A stretch of 63,628 nucleotides of DNA, counting the filler, from Saprolegnia diclina VS20 (taxonomy: Eukaryota), in assembly GCF_000281045.1 (NCBI RefSeq). It is 7 parts of 3 records of this genome, joined end to end, with 100 filler letters (N's around TTAATTAATTAA, not from the genome) between each part and the next. Parts side by side here need not be neighbours in the genome. Positions count along the whole stretch, not along the records: positions 1 to 25,825 come from NW_008246100.1; 6 more parts are not named here. One strand, given 5' to 3'. A model generated the notes under the pieces. That model was not told the DNA's origin and did not search any database. It was given only the letters and a program-made list of their open reading frames with translations. A program made the translations under genes and the position numbers. Shown here one piece after another: positions 13,075-23,906 of the stretch (positions are counted from its first letter, which is position 1; every line of letters starts with the position of its first letter).

Positions 13075-14067
13075 ATGGACGAGCACGAGGTGCCCGAGAA
13101 CCAAGCCGACGATGGCGAGCGCGACGCTGGCAACGAATACGACGAGGACGGCCGCGAGACGGTCGGGTCCTTGGCCACGACGCAGACCAAGATCAAACTC
13201 AACAAGATGATGAACGCGTTCGCGTCGTTTGACGACAACATGCGCATTGGCACGCGCGTACTGCACTGCACCCGGCGACGTGGATCTTATCGCTTCGTGT
13301 AGCAACGGCGGGAGCGGGACGAGCACCGGCTCGCCGAGATGCGCGCCGAGATGACGCGGCTTGAGAAGGCGCTCAACGCCGAAATCAAGCGCCGCTTTGA
13401 AATGAACAAGTCGCTCCAAGCGCTCTGCGACGAGAGCGTTGCGAATATGACGTCGCGCTTCGAGAGCCTCCTCGCCGACTCGATGGACAAGGTCGACGCG
13501 CGCCTCGCCGGCCTCGCCGAGAAGATCCAGGCGCTCGAGGCGCAGTTCGAATATGAAAAAGTCCACATTCCGCAGGTACTCGCGTCAACGCTATGCCTTG
13601 TCTGGAGGAGACATGCATGTAGATGATTGAAGAGCGCACGAACGAGCTCACGGAGAAGCTGAGCGCGTTCATGGACGCGTTCGAGACCGAGCGCAAGCGG
13701 CGACTCGACCGCGAAGCCGAGATCCTCAAGCGACTTTTTGACCACGAGCAGCTCGTGGCCGACCAGTTCAGCAAGGAACGCCGGGACCGCGAAGTCAAAG
13801 CCACGGAGCTCAAGGACGCCCTCGACATGTACACGAAAACGCGGCTGCGTGGCGACGACAAGTTTCAGCGCGTCGCGCAGGAAGAAATCGCCAAAATCCA
13901 AAACGCCCTTGTGCACGAAGCCCAGGTAATCACGGTCTTCGGACAACACCGTATGTACCTCGAGGTAGACGCGCGAGCGCGAAGACGACGAGATCATCGA
14001 CGCGCTCAATCGGTACACGGCCAAGCTCCAAGACAGCCTCAAGCTCATCAACAGCACCGAAGCCTAA
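13075..14067 (+). CDS. SF-assemblin/beta-giardin family striated-fibre protein
   Basis: Segmented coiled coil with LEKALNAEIKRRFEMNKSLQ and REREDDEIIDALNRYTAKLQDSLKLIN; three short introns. Confidence 0.85.
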
Positions 14068-14117
14068 CCCTTCTCAATGGCATTCAATGTACAAGCCGCG
14101 TCTGTATCTACGCATGC

Positions 14118-15221
14118 TCAAAAGAGGCGGCGTCCCTTGGCCGCGGTGCCCCGGGGCGTCGCGGCGTCCGTGACCTCGTCTTCGACAAACGACGTCGCAC
14201 GCCGCTTGCGGTTGGCGCGCTCGGGCGGTGTCACGAGCGGGAGCAAGTTGGCATCGAGCGGCAGCGGTGCCTCGGTAAAGTAAGCGTGCGCCAGCGCAGC
14301 CGACGCCGAGATACGCCGCGTCGGGTCGAGCGTCACGAGCTGCGTAAGGAGGTCGACGCCCGCGGAAGACAGCGACGGAAACTGGGCAGCGAGCGACGGC
14401 GGCGACGTCGGTGCAAATTCGAGGTAGAACGGTAGCGAGGTCGCCGCCTACGACAGCACTATGAGCATTGGAATGCTGTATCGACGTACAGTCCACTTGT
14501 TTTCGATGGGATTGCCGAGCGCCTTGAACATGAGACTGAGCTGGTCAATGTCGGACGCACCGTCGAGCCAGACGCGGCGCAAGACGAGCTCGGCAAAGAC
14601 GCAGCCCGCCGACCACATATCGACAGCATCCGTGTACGTTTTGAGGCCAAAGAGCAGCTCGGGCGGCCGGTACGCGCGCGTGACGACCTGAAAGCTCTTC
14701 TCGAGCGACGCGTCCGGGGCGTAAATGGCCATGCCAAAGTCGGCGAGCATGACATTCCCGGTGGGCGACAGCAAGACGTTGTTGGGCTTGATGTCGCGAT
14801 GGATGACGTGGCGCTTATGGCACTCGGCGAGGCCTTGCAGCACCATGTACATGTAGCTCTTGATCGTGGCCGTCGAGAGCTGCGGCAGATCGTCCGTGGC
14901 CTTGATCACCGACTCGAGGTCGCTCTCCATGTATTCAAAGACAAGGAACGTAGCCTCCTCGCCACGGTGCGCCTGGCGCACCACTTCCTTGATCTGCAGC
15001 ACGTGGCGCGCCGTCGTCAGCCGTGCCATAATCGTCGGCTCGTCGTCATGGGACGACGTGGTTGGTGAGCCAAAGAGTCGCTTCACCGCGACCTTCTCGC
15101 GCGTCTCGACGTGCGTCGCTGCGTAGACCTTGCCGTACGTCCCGCGTCCGATCTCTTCGCCGAGCTCGTACTTGCCGACGACGATGCGCTCGTCCTCCGA
15201 GTCCGAGTCGAACTCGCCCAT
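14118..15221 (-). CDS. Cyclin-dependent kinase family protein, CDK7/CAK-like
   Basis: GRGTYGKV, VAVK, HRDIKPNN, DFG, QVVTRAYRPPELLFG, DIDQL; intron ~14448-14489. Confidence 0.8.
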
Positions 15222-15689
15222 GCTGGTGTATCGATTTCTGGATCGGTCGCAGCCTCCGGTTACAGATAGGTTTACCGGATTATTCGTATTCGGCATATGC
15301 CACATGAAACAGAGTGCACGCGGCATCGCATTACGGCCCGCTTTTGAAGGCGGCCGAGAAGCCGACACTGGCCGAGAGCAGGCAAGGAGGGCTCAATGAA
15401 CGTGCTGAGCAATCGTGCTGCTTTGGCGCTTGGCCCGTCAATAGAGATAAAGAGCAGCGATATCAACCGCCAACACCAATGTGGAAGTTTGAAGTTGGCA
15501 ACTTGAAGTTATAAACTAAAATTAAAAGCTGTGGCCGAAGCGAGGCTTCCATACTTCCTAGTGTGATCGAATTGGCCAGTTGCTGCGTTGTTCACTTGCT
15601 TGTCAATCCATAGAGCCCCTCATCATATCGACTACAAGCCTTTCGCAGCTTGCAGCTCATAGCATCGCTACTAGCAGTTGTGTCACCAG

Positions 15690-15697
15690 CCCATGAA
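15690..15697 (+). promoter_or_regulatory. Possible snRNA-type upstream sequence element (CCCATGAA)
   Basis: CCCAT core ~27 nt upstream of the structured RNA candidate; resembles USE motifs I recall for ciliate and algal snRNA-type promoters. Short motif, so could be chance. Confidence 0.25.
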
Positions 15698-15723
15698 CCA
15701 GGTGTACCTACAATCTTTGGCCG

Positions 15724-16030
15724 TCGACGCCGCAGTGGTTTAACGCTAAATACTCGTATCTACACAGCTCTTGAAAGTCGGGACAAAGGTCAATCTTCCC
15801 GCAAGATAGACCGAGAAACCGTTAGGATGGACAGGAGTGTGTGGCTTGGGCTTCAGTAGCCAGTGAGCCGCAGTTACCTATTTGCCTCTTAGTACGCACA
15901 TCGGTGTTTAGGAGGTGTACTCCCGAACATTGGGAGGCCTAGAGGCAACACCTTAACGTTATTGGAACAAATGATTCGACTCAAATGACGGAGTGTTCGC
16001 AAGGGTCAGTAACCACTTGGTGTTTGTCGA
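15724..16030 (+). ncRNA. Candidate ~305-nt structured non-coding RNA, family unassigned
   Basis: About nine mutually nested helices with several G-U pairs on the + strand, in an intergenic gap with no credible ORF (details in findings). Confidence 0.55.
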
Positions 16031-16088
16031 TCGAATATCGTAAAATATCCAATCGAAAGTTGTATTATGGATGATGAAATAGCGCTTC

Positions 16089-19000
16089 TTAGCGTTTCTG
16101 GTGGTTGATAAAGCGCAGCGCGAGATACGCAAGCAGTCGGAAAAACACAATGCAGCCGAGCACGACGACAATGTCGAGGAGCGCGTCGTCGTAGTACATC
16201 TCGTACGTGTGTTCCACGTACTGCTTGACAGTCACACTCGTCGCGTTCATTTTCAGCAGCAAAATTGGCGGCACGTTCTTCATCGTTTGGCACCCGAGCT
16301 GCGTCGGGTCGTCACCGTTGCATTTCGCAAACGTCTGCGACGTCAGAATCGCCATCGAGTACTTGGGCGGCACGATCGTGTACAGCCAGCGGTACCCCAT
16401 CGGGATCTGCGACGCGGTCGGCGTAAAGCCCATGAAGAGGAAGAAGATCGAGTTGAGGAGGATGCCGACAAGCGCCGCGACCTCGACCGACGGCATCGCA
16501 TATGCCATCAACTGGCCCATGTAGACGTTCATCAAGACCATGAGCGAGAGGTTGAAGCCGTAAAAGAGGCAGGCGCCGACCGATTCTTTGAGCCCGACGA
16601 ACGGGTAGTAGACGATCACAAAGGCAAAGGTGCACACGACCACGTACGGGAGCTCGGCGAGCGTCGACCCGACAAAGTACCAGAGCGCGTCGTACGTCTC
16701 GGACGCGCGCTCGCGGTAGAAGGACGCGCGCTCGGTGCCCGCAAGCGGAATGACGCTGTTGAACGAGATCATGCCGACAAAGAGCGACGTGAGGAAGACC
16801 ATGCCGACACCGCCGGTCGCGCCCGAGAACGTCGTGTAGTCGACCCCGCGGTAGACCAACCCAAAGAGGACTGCGAGGAAGATTGAGATGAGAATGCGCG
16901 TGTTGTTGTACGACGCTATGCGCCAGTACATGCGGAAGAAGCGCTGCGTCACCATCGTAAATTGCGTCATCGATGTCGCCGCACGCTTGGAGCTAAATTT
17001 GAGCTCGGGCAGCGACGGACTAACGACAGCATGGACCGCAAGCGAATCGAGAAGCGCTTGGCGCTCGGCCGAGCTGTGGAAAATCTGCACATAATCCTTC
17101 GGGTGCGCGTTCTTGGCCTCGACGCCGGCGCCAATGACTTCGAGCATCCACGTGGCGGGGTTGGCACCTTCGAGGAGCGGCGGCGTGTCGGGCACTCGAC
17201 TAAAGTACTCGATCAAGTGACTCGCATGAGGTCCAAGCTCGCCGAAAAAGACTGTGTGGCCGCCGCGTTTGAGGAGGAGGAGCGAGTCAAACATCTCAAA
17301 GACCTCGGTGGACGGCTGGTGGATCGTGCAAACGACCGTGCGACCTGTCGACGCGATCTTGCGGATACCCGTCATGATGATCTTGGCCGAGCGCGCGTCG
17401 AGACCCGACGTCGGCTCATCCAAGAAGAGCACGGATGGCGCCGCCGCGAGCTCGACACCGATCGTCAAGCGCTTCATCTGCTCGACGGACGCGCCGCGAA
17501 TGATCTTGTCACCGAGGGCCTGCATACCGAGAAGCTCCAGACATTCTTCGGCAAATGCCATTTTCTTGGTCACTGACGTGGCACTCGCCTGGCGCAGCAT
17601 CGCACTGAATTGAAACGCCTCGCGAAACGTGGCACTCTCACAGTGAATATCCATCTGCTCGCAGTAGCCAGTCGCGCGACGCACCGCAAGGTCCGTGGCG
17701 GGGTACCCGTTGAGCAGAATGTCACCCGTGATCGTGCCGCCCGTTTTGCGACCCGCAATGACGTCCATTAAGGTCGTCTTGCCGGCGCCCGACGAGCCCA
17801 TGAGTGCTGTGATCGTACCCGGCAGCGCAATTCCGTTGACATTCTGTAGCAGCTTCAGATCGGGCTCACCCTTCGTTGGGTTGGGCACCGAATATGAAAG
17901 GTCTTTGAAGGCCAGTGTGACAGGGGCGATTGACCCCCGGGGGCTGTCGTCGACGCGCACTGAGACGGCGTGTGTTGGTGTCTTGGGCACCGCCGTGTAC
18001 GTATCGTTGGTCTCTGGCTCCAGCACGATCGGAGCATGCTCGGCGCTGTCGTACTGTACGTACTCGAGCGTCACATAGGCCAAGAGCATAAAGAAGACGT
18101 AGCAAAATGCGAGGTAGATCACGGCATACCAGACCCAGATCATGCCAGATTTGACGCCGTACTGCTTGAGCTGCGCATTGCCAAACGTGTCGCCAAGAAT
18201 GCTACAGTAGTCGATGCCCTTGTACTTGCAGACTTGAAACTCGGGCGCCGAGTACTGGTTGATGGCCAACGCGCGAATGCACCACGCGAGCGGATCGATC
18301 CAGTAGATCCAGATAAAGTACGGGGGCATGTCATCCGCCGACATGATAAAGCCCGCAAAGAGCACAAAGAGCAGCACCGACACCATTGCAACGGGCTGCG
18401 CAACGTTGGGATTCGGCGACAGCGACGCGACAAAGAAGAACCACGTCGTGAACGCGAGGTTGGTCACGAAGAGCAGGAGGAGGTACGTCAGGAACGACGC
18501 GGCATTCGAGGTGAAGCCCGTGACCCAGTACATGACCGAGCCAAAGAGGATCGTCTCCAGGAACGCAAACGGTACTTGGGTCGTGCACTGCGCTAAAATG
18601 AACGACGAGGTCCGGAAAAAGTTGGCGCGCTTTTGCTTGTAAAAGATCTCGCGCGCTTCGACGTGGCCCGGGATCGCGGGCAGTTGGCCGAGCGCGAGGA
18701 ACATGACGGTCGTAAAGATGACACCAAGCACGGTGATGATCTGGTCGGCATCGACTTGGTAGAACGACGTCGAGTAGAGGAAGCCCATGAGCAGCACCAT
18801 GACCATGCGACTCAGGACAAACTCCTTGTTGCGGAGAAAGACCGTCACTTGGCGCTTCACGAGGAGCTGCGTGCTTTTCCCAAACGAGCCAAAGTACGCG
18901 GGCAGCAACGCGAGGTGGTGCGTCACGTCGTGTGCGAGCGCGGGGTTCGTCGCCGTCGAGTTGACGTATTCCAACATGTTCGCATAGATGGCCGACGCTT

Positions 19001-20123
19001 CAAAGACCGCTGCGTACTCGCTCGGGAGGCGCGGGATGGAGAGATCCGCCGCCGCAATTCGGTACTGGTCCTGCTGCGGCGTACCAAGGTCGAGCAAAAA
19101 ATCAGCGACATCGCGGTGCAAAGGGCACTTGAAGCCGAGCGACTCGAAGTACTCCAAGCACGTGGCGCGCGGACCGTGGTACATGACGTAGCCTTCGTTG
19201 AGGAGGAGGACCTCGTCAAAGAGGCCGTAGACTTCGGGCGACGGCTGCAAAAGCGCAATCACAATCGTCTTGCGGAGCGACGTGGCCATACCTTTCTGCG
19301 CCTTGACAATGTCGTACGTCGCTGCAGCGTCCAAGCCCGTACTGATCTCGTCCATGAACGACACCTGCTTCATGCCAAACTCCATCTCGCCGACCGTCAC
19401 ACGCTTGCGCTCACCGCCCGAAACACCGCGGAGCATGCCGTTGCCAACGATCGTGTCTTCACAGATCTTGAGGCCCATCTGACGCGTCACGACGTCCGGA
19501 AAGACCGCGTAGAGCGACGTTAACACGGATTGCGCCGCCGTGACGGCATTGGGTGGCCCTTTGGTCAGCGCCGACGCCACATGCGGCGGCACGCGTGCGC
19601 CGCCGCTGCACGCGTGCGCAAAGGCAAGCGTCTCCTTGACGGTGAGCGTCGCGTAGTGGTAGTCGCGCTGGTGCACGTACGACGCAAACTGAGGCACTTT
19701 GGCTCGGAGCGCTTCGAGGGGCGAGCCGTTGTACGTGATTTGGCCGCCGACGGTGATGTTTTTGGCCATGAGAAACTGGGCACTCAATAGCTTCATGAGC
19801 GACGACTTGCCCGAACCGGGCTGGCCAAGCAAGAGCGTCGTCGTGCGCGGCTTGAAGACACCAGTCATCGGGTGCAGCACGTCCTTCCGGATCGACCGCT
19901 TAGCCGCAAAGAGGCCACGCACCGCCTTCTTGAGCTCGTTCACGAGGGTCGGGAGATCGGGTCCGTCCTTGGCCGCGACGACCATTTCGGCACAAATCGA
20001 GAGATTGTGGAACCGAACCTCGACCTGCGGCAGCGGCTTGTCCATCGCGGCTTCAAGCTGCGCCGCGAGGGTCGCATGGAAGGCGTCCGAGCCCTGCGCA
20101 AGAAACGAGTCAGCTGTCGCCAT
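16089..20123 (-). CDS. Full-size ABCG/PDR transporter (NBD-TMD-NBD-TMD), intronless
   Basis: GQPGSGKS, VSGGERKRV, DEISTGLD, GSSGAGKTT, YCEQMDIH, CTIHQPS; 1344-aa ORF. Confidence 0.97.
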   Translation of the reverse strand: MATADSFLAQGSDAFHATLAAQLEAAMDKPLPQVEVRFHNLSICAEMVVAAKDGPDLPTLVNELKKAVRGLFAAKRSIRKDVLHPMTGVFKPRTTTLLLGQPGSGKSSLMKLLSAQFLMAKNITVGGQITYNGSPLEALRAKVPQFASYVHQRDYHYATLTVKETLAFAHACSGGARVPPHVASALTKGPPNAVTAAQSVLTSLYAVFPDVVTRQMGLKICEDTIVGNGMLRGVSGGERKRVTVGEMEFGMKQVSFMDEISTGLDAAATYDIVKAQKGMATSLRKTIVIALLQPSPEVYGLFDEVLLLNEGYVMYHGPRATCLEYFESLGFKCPLHRDVADFLLDLGTPQQDQYRIAAADLSIPRLPSEYAAVFEASAIYANMLEYVNSTATNPALAHDVTHHLALLPAYFGSFGKSTQLLVKRQVTVFLRNKEFVLSRMVMVLLMGFLYSTSFYQVDADQIITVLGVIFTTVMFLALGQLPAIPGHVEAREIFYKQKRANFFRTSSFILAQCTTQVPFAFLETILFGSVMYWVTGFTSNAASFLTYLLLLFVTNLAFTTWFFFVASLSPNPNVAQPVAMVSVLLFVLFAGFIMSADDMPPYFIWIYWIDPLAWCIRALAINQYSAPEFQVCKYKGIDYCSILGDTFGNAQLKQYGVKSGMIWVWYAVIYLAFCYVFFMLLAYVTLEYVQYDSAEHAPIVLEPETNDTYTAVPKTPTHAVSVRVDDSPRGSIAPVTLAFKDLSYSVPNPTKGEPDLKLLQNVNGIALPGTITALMGSSGAGKTTLMDVIAGRKTGGTITGDILLNGYPATDLAVRRATGYCEQMDIHCESATFREAFQFSAMLRQASATSVTKKMAFAEECLELLGMQALGDKIIRGASVEQMKRLTIGVELAAAPSVLFLDEPTSGLDARSAKIIMTGIRKIASTGRTVVCTIHQPSTEVFEMFDSLLLLKRGGHTVFFGELGPHASHLIEYFSRVPDTPPLLEGANPATWMLEVIGAGVEAKNAHPKDYVQIFHSSAERQALLDSLAVHAVVSPSLPELKFSSKRAATSMTQFTMVTQRFFRMYWRIASYNNTRILISIFLAVLFGLVYRGVDYTTFSGATGGVGMVFLTSLFVGMISFNSVIPLAGTERASFYRERASETYDALWYFVGSTLAELPYVVVCTFAFVIVYYPFVGLKESVGACLFYGFNLSLMVLMNVYMGQLMAYAMPSVEVAALVGILLNSIFFLFMGFTPTASQIPMGYRWLYTIVPPKYSMAILTSQTFAKCNGDDPTQLGCQTMKNVPPILLLKMNATSVTVKQYVEHTYEMYYDDALLDIVVVLGCIVFFRLLAYLALRFINHQKR

Positions 20124-20704
20124 GGGAGATCAACCAAAAGTGGGCATCTCCCCAGCACAAAAAGGCCCAAGATTCTACCAACGGAACGGTTTAGCATGGC
20201 GGGTATTACTCGTCGGTTGCTTTGCGCACCCGATTAGATCATGTTGGAGGCGCCGTCGACATTGTGCTGTTTGATTGGTCAAATATCCGGCATTTGACCG
20301 GATATACAGGAATGAATGTGATTCCGCGGGAAGGCCAACAGCTCGCTCGGTCGCTCCTCGTCGGTCGTAGCATGCAGGTACTACACGAGGTGAATATACT
20401 TGACTCTCCGTTATACCAAGTAGCCCCTCTCGTGGCCGTCCACGTCGTCGCCTCGTGTTATTCCGGCGCGCGTTTGGCCTTGCAGAATCGTTTGACGACG
20501 GTTCGCGCCATTGCCCACAATCTGAAACCGCCTGATGATGGCATTCTCCAGCCCCATCATTGTGCCCTTCCTCTTTGTTTTTGTATTGGTCTTGAGAAGC
20601 TTACCGAGATAGGGTATGGATTATGCAACCTCGGGTTTCCATCCTTGCGTCGCCGTCGTTTCGATTTCCATTGGTGGTCGAGGGGGCATATAATATCTTA
20701 CTAG

Positions 20705-20767
20705 TATGCCCTAGGCGGTATTCTTAGTTAATATAATATCTTATGCCCTAGGCGGTGCTCTTAGTTA
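20705..20767. repeat. Two-copy direct repeat (26-bp core, 37-bp period)
   Basis: TATGCCCTAGGCGGTATTCTTAGTTA (20705-20730) and TATGCCCTAGGCGGTGCTCTTAGTTA (20742-20767). Confidence 0.85.
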
Positions 20768-20944
20768 TAAATGATATATCGGCCACGGTTGCGCTAGCAT
20801 CGCCGTTGCGGGCGAGATGAAAAGCCCACTCGACTCTGGTGCGTGGAGGAGCAAGGATCAGGATGTGGCATTTGCCGAATTTAAAACCGGCCACGTCTTT
20901 TGCCGTAAACGTGGCATATGCCACGTATTGCCATTTCGCATCAC

Positions 20945-22093
20945 ATGGCCGGCTTCCTTCGACCGCTCATGGTCGCGCTCCTTGCGCTCGCCGTCGCCTG
21001 CATGGCCTTCGGCCAGGAGACGCTGCATGAAGTCGACTTTCTCGAAGACTACTTCTACGTGGAGGACATCGACGTCGGCGTCCAGACTGCGCCCGTGCCG
21101 GAAGGCCTTCCCGCCGGACGCATCGAGCTCGACCACGACCACCTTCAGCCGTACATGGACCTCATCGTGAGCGCAAAGCGAACGCGCCACGTACTCGTCT
21201 TTCTCTCGACCTCGCATGAGGCCCGCGACTCATTCTCGCGCGCGGTCCGGGCGCTCCAGCATCGCGACGAGGTCGACATGTACTTCTTCGCCGTGCCCCT
21301 CGTGGCGTCGGATGATGCGTTCGAGATCACGTTCAAGGACGCCCACAAGCTCTCGTCGATCCCGGACGATGGGCTCCACATTCTCGCTACCTTTGAGCCC
21401 AATGCACGCTACGGCCTCCAGATTGGCCGCGAGAACGCGCGGCTCGTCGACCCGTCCGTGCTGACGCCGAGTACGTGGACCGAGAAGTTATCGGGTATGG
21501 TGCAAGAGATGCTGGCGCCGCCCGTCGTGGTCAAGCCCTCCGACTCCTCACTCTCGTCGCTTTTCGTGTACGGCGCCTTGGCGTACCTCGTCTTTGTCCT
21601 CCTCCCGCGCATGTACGCGAACCGCGCGTCGATCCTTCCGGTCGTCACGAGCCGTTCGACGTGGTTCCTCGTCTGCGCGTTCGTCATGTACCTCTCTCTC
21701 TCGGGTACGCCTCTCCCGTTGTCTCCAACCGAGCGCATCCTGCTGCGTCCTAGGCACCTTCTTCACCATCATCCACGGCTCCCCCCTCTTCTACTTCAAT
21801 TCAAATGGTATATTCTACCGCTGCCGCATCGGATCTTCCTCATCCTCATGGTAGGCTTCTCGCTCATGCACCCGTCGTCGCAGCGGCAGTTTGCGCTCGA
21901 GGGCTGGACGCTCGGTGGCATGCCCCTCGCGGTCTCGCTCGTGCTCGTCGCGGTCTCGGAGGCCATGCCGTTCATCCTCGGGCCCGACAATCGGTTCCAC
22001 GCAGCGACGGTCCTCCTCCTCGCGTTTGCGTTGCTCTGCTTTTTCGAGCACGTGCTCTTTACGACCAAGAACCGCTGGTACCGCCTCTTCTAA
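20945..22093 (+). CDS. OST3/OST6 (MAGT1/TUSC3-like) oligosaccharyltransferase subunit
   Basis: Signal peptide, lumenal domain, four TM segments; spliced SGTFFTIIHGSP and RQFALEG motifs; two short introns near 21705-21855. Confidence 0.7.
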   Translation: MAGFLRPLMVALLALAVACMAFGQETLHEVDFLEDYFYVEDIDVGVQTAPVPEGLPAGRIELDHDHLQPYMDLIVSAKRTRHVLVFLSTSHEARDSFSRAVRALQHRDEVDMYFFAVPLVASDDAFEITFKDAHKLSSIPDDGLHILATFEPNARYGLQIGRENARLVDPSVLTPSTWTEKLSGMVQEMLAPPVVVKPSDSSLSSLFVYGALAYLVFVLLPRMYANRASILPVVTSRSTWFLVCAFVMYLSLSGTPLPLSPTERILLRPRHLLHHHPRLPPLLLQFKWYILPLPHRIFLILMVGFSLMHPSSQRQFALEGWTLGGMPLAVSLVLVAVSEAMPFILGPDNRFHAATVLLLAFALLCFFEHVLFTTKNRWYRLF

Positions 22094-22108
22094 GCCGCGT
22101 TGGAGTAC

Positions 22109-23768
22109 TTAGGTCTCCATGGCCTTTTGCTGCGCTTCGACAATCTTCTCCATAAAGGCGTTGACCGCGTCGAGCTTTTCTTGGCAAATGTTGTGCACTT
22201 GGTCGCAGTACGCGATCGCGTCGGCCGAGCTCGCGAGCGCCGACGACTTTTGGAACACGTCGAGGTGGTCCATCTCGACGTTGAGGTTGAGAAACATAAA
22301 GTCGAGGAACCCGCGCTGCGCGTCGAGCACCGAGTCGAGGAGCTTCTTGAGCGGCGGGTCGTTCTCGGTGTCGGGGACGCCCATCATCGCCGCCGCTTCC
22401 GCGTCTGGCTCGGTCGCCTCGCCTAGCGTGTGCTCGGACGCCTCGCCAAAGCTGCTGCGCGCCACGTCGCCGCCGTCATACGACATGTGGCGCTTGGTCA
22501 AAAAGACCTAATGGCACGGGTACTGAGCTCAACGAGGTTGATGACAATCTGTCCTAATATGGGTCGAACCTGCGTCGGGCGCACAAACACGCCATGCTTG
22601 TCTTCGCAGCGGAAGTAGTACTCGCCCTTGATGCTCCCGTCATTCTTGCCCGACGGCGTGTCGAGTTCGACACCGAGCCAGAGTCCTTGGAACCCAATGA
22701 CGTCCCCTGCCCAATGCACTCGGTTGTACGAAGCTCTCTTGAGTATATATGTAAGGGTACCGATGAAGCGAACCGTGCCAAAGAGCTCCTTCTCTGAGAT
22801 GCAGACGCGGTCGCCGACGTCGACGTCGCGCTCGTCACTCGTGTCATGGCCAATGCTCTCGACTTTGTCTTCAAACTCTGTGTTTTCATCGATCGAGTTG
22901 CTCTATTCTCGGTGAAAATGAGGATAAGGACGCGGACGAAGAGGACGTACGGCCGAGTAGGCCATGGCGGGCATGGCGTCGACGAGCGGGAGCGACTCGA
23001 GGCGCCGCTGGATCTTGGGATCGAGCGCGTTGAAGAGCAAAATCGCGCGCTTCGAGAACTTTTGCGTGAAGCGCTGGTAGAGGATATGCGCATGCGCGCG
23101 CACGGACGACGACGCGTCTTGGAGACCGGCCTTGAGCCCGACCTCGATCTGCGTCACGTCGTTCTTGTCAAGGACCGCGCTCCAGTGCACGAGCACGAGC
23201 GCGAGGAGGCTGACGCAGGCCTCGCGGATGTTCTTGTTGCGGCTCTCGGTCACCATTTCGACAAAGTAGCGCAAGGTCGGGCCTTTGGTCACGACGTTGG
23301 CGACGAGAAAGTCAGCGCACTCGCCGCAGTACGTGCCGCAGACCTTGTTTCCACCACCGCGCACGTCGATAAGCACGGGCAGAAGCTCGCGGGCCAGTGG
23401 CGCCATCGAGTCGCGCGAGACCTACGTGAGGATAGGACGCTTCTTGTTTTTATCTCGAGGTGACGTACGCGGGCGATGATGGCGAGGATCGTGCAGACGG
23501 CTTTGACCATCTGCGAGCGCAGATCTGTAATGACGTCTTTGAGCGGCTTGAGGAGCCGCCACGCTTCGGGCGGCACGGTCATCGTGGCCGTCCCGATCGT
23601 CACGAAGAGGTCCTGGATGTCCTGGAGCGCTGCCTGGCGCTTCTGCCAGTCGTCCGGGTGCTTCTTGATCGTCTCCATGGCCGTGGCGACGCCATTAACA
23701 AACTAGGATGAGGCCAAGATGAGGCCACGCGCAGGGACGATCTCGGCGCCTACGCTCGTCGCGCTCAT
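22109..23768 (-). CDS. CLASP_N/TOG (HEAT) domain + CAP-Gly domain protein
   Basis: DDWQKRQAAL..ITDLRSQMVKAVC..GLQDASSSVR (TOG) and VGDRV..GTVRFIG..WLGVELDTPSGKNDGS..YYFRC..GVFVR (CAP-Gly); several introns. Confidence 0.8.
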
Positions 23769-23906
23769 GCTGCGGGAACTGGCGACGAGCAAAACACCTC
23801 GTCCGGATAAATGACATGGTTTCGGGAAAAACGCATATCTTTTGACACGCAATTTTGTGATTTTACACTTTGAGTGTGGAAGCTCGACATCAATAGCCGC
23901 ACCAGG

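Noticed and set aside
15767..16038. Group I intron or TPP riboswitch reading of the structured RNA
   Set aside because: Some helix order resembles P3-P4-P6-P7, but there is no G-binding bulge or R/S consensus; the TPP motifs CUGAGA and ACCUGAUC are absent.
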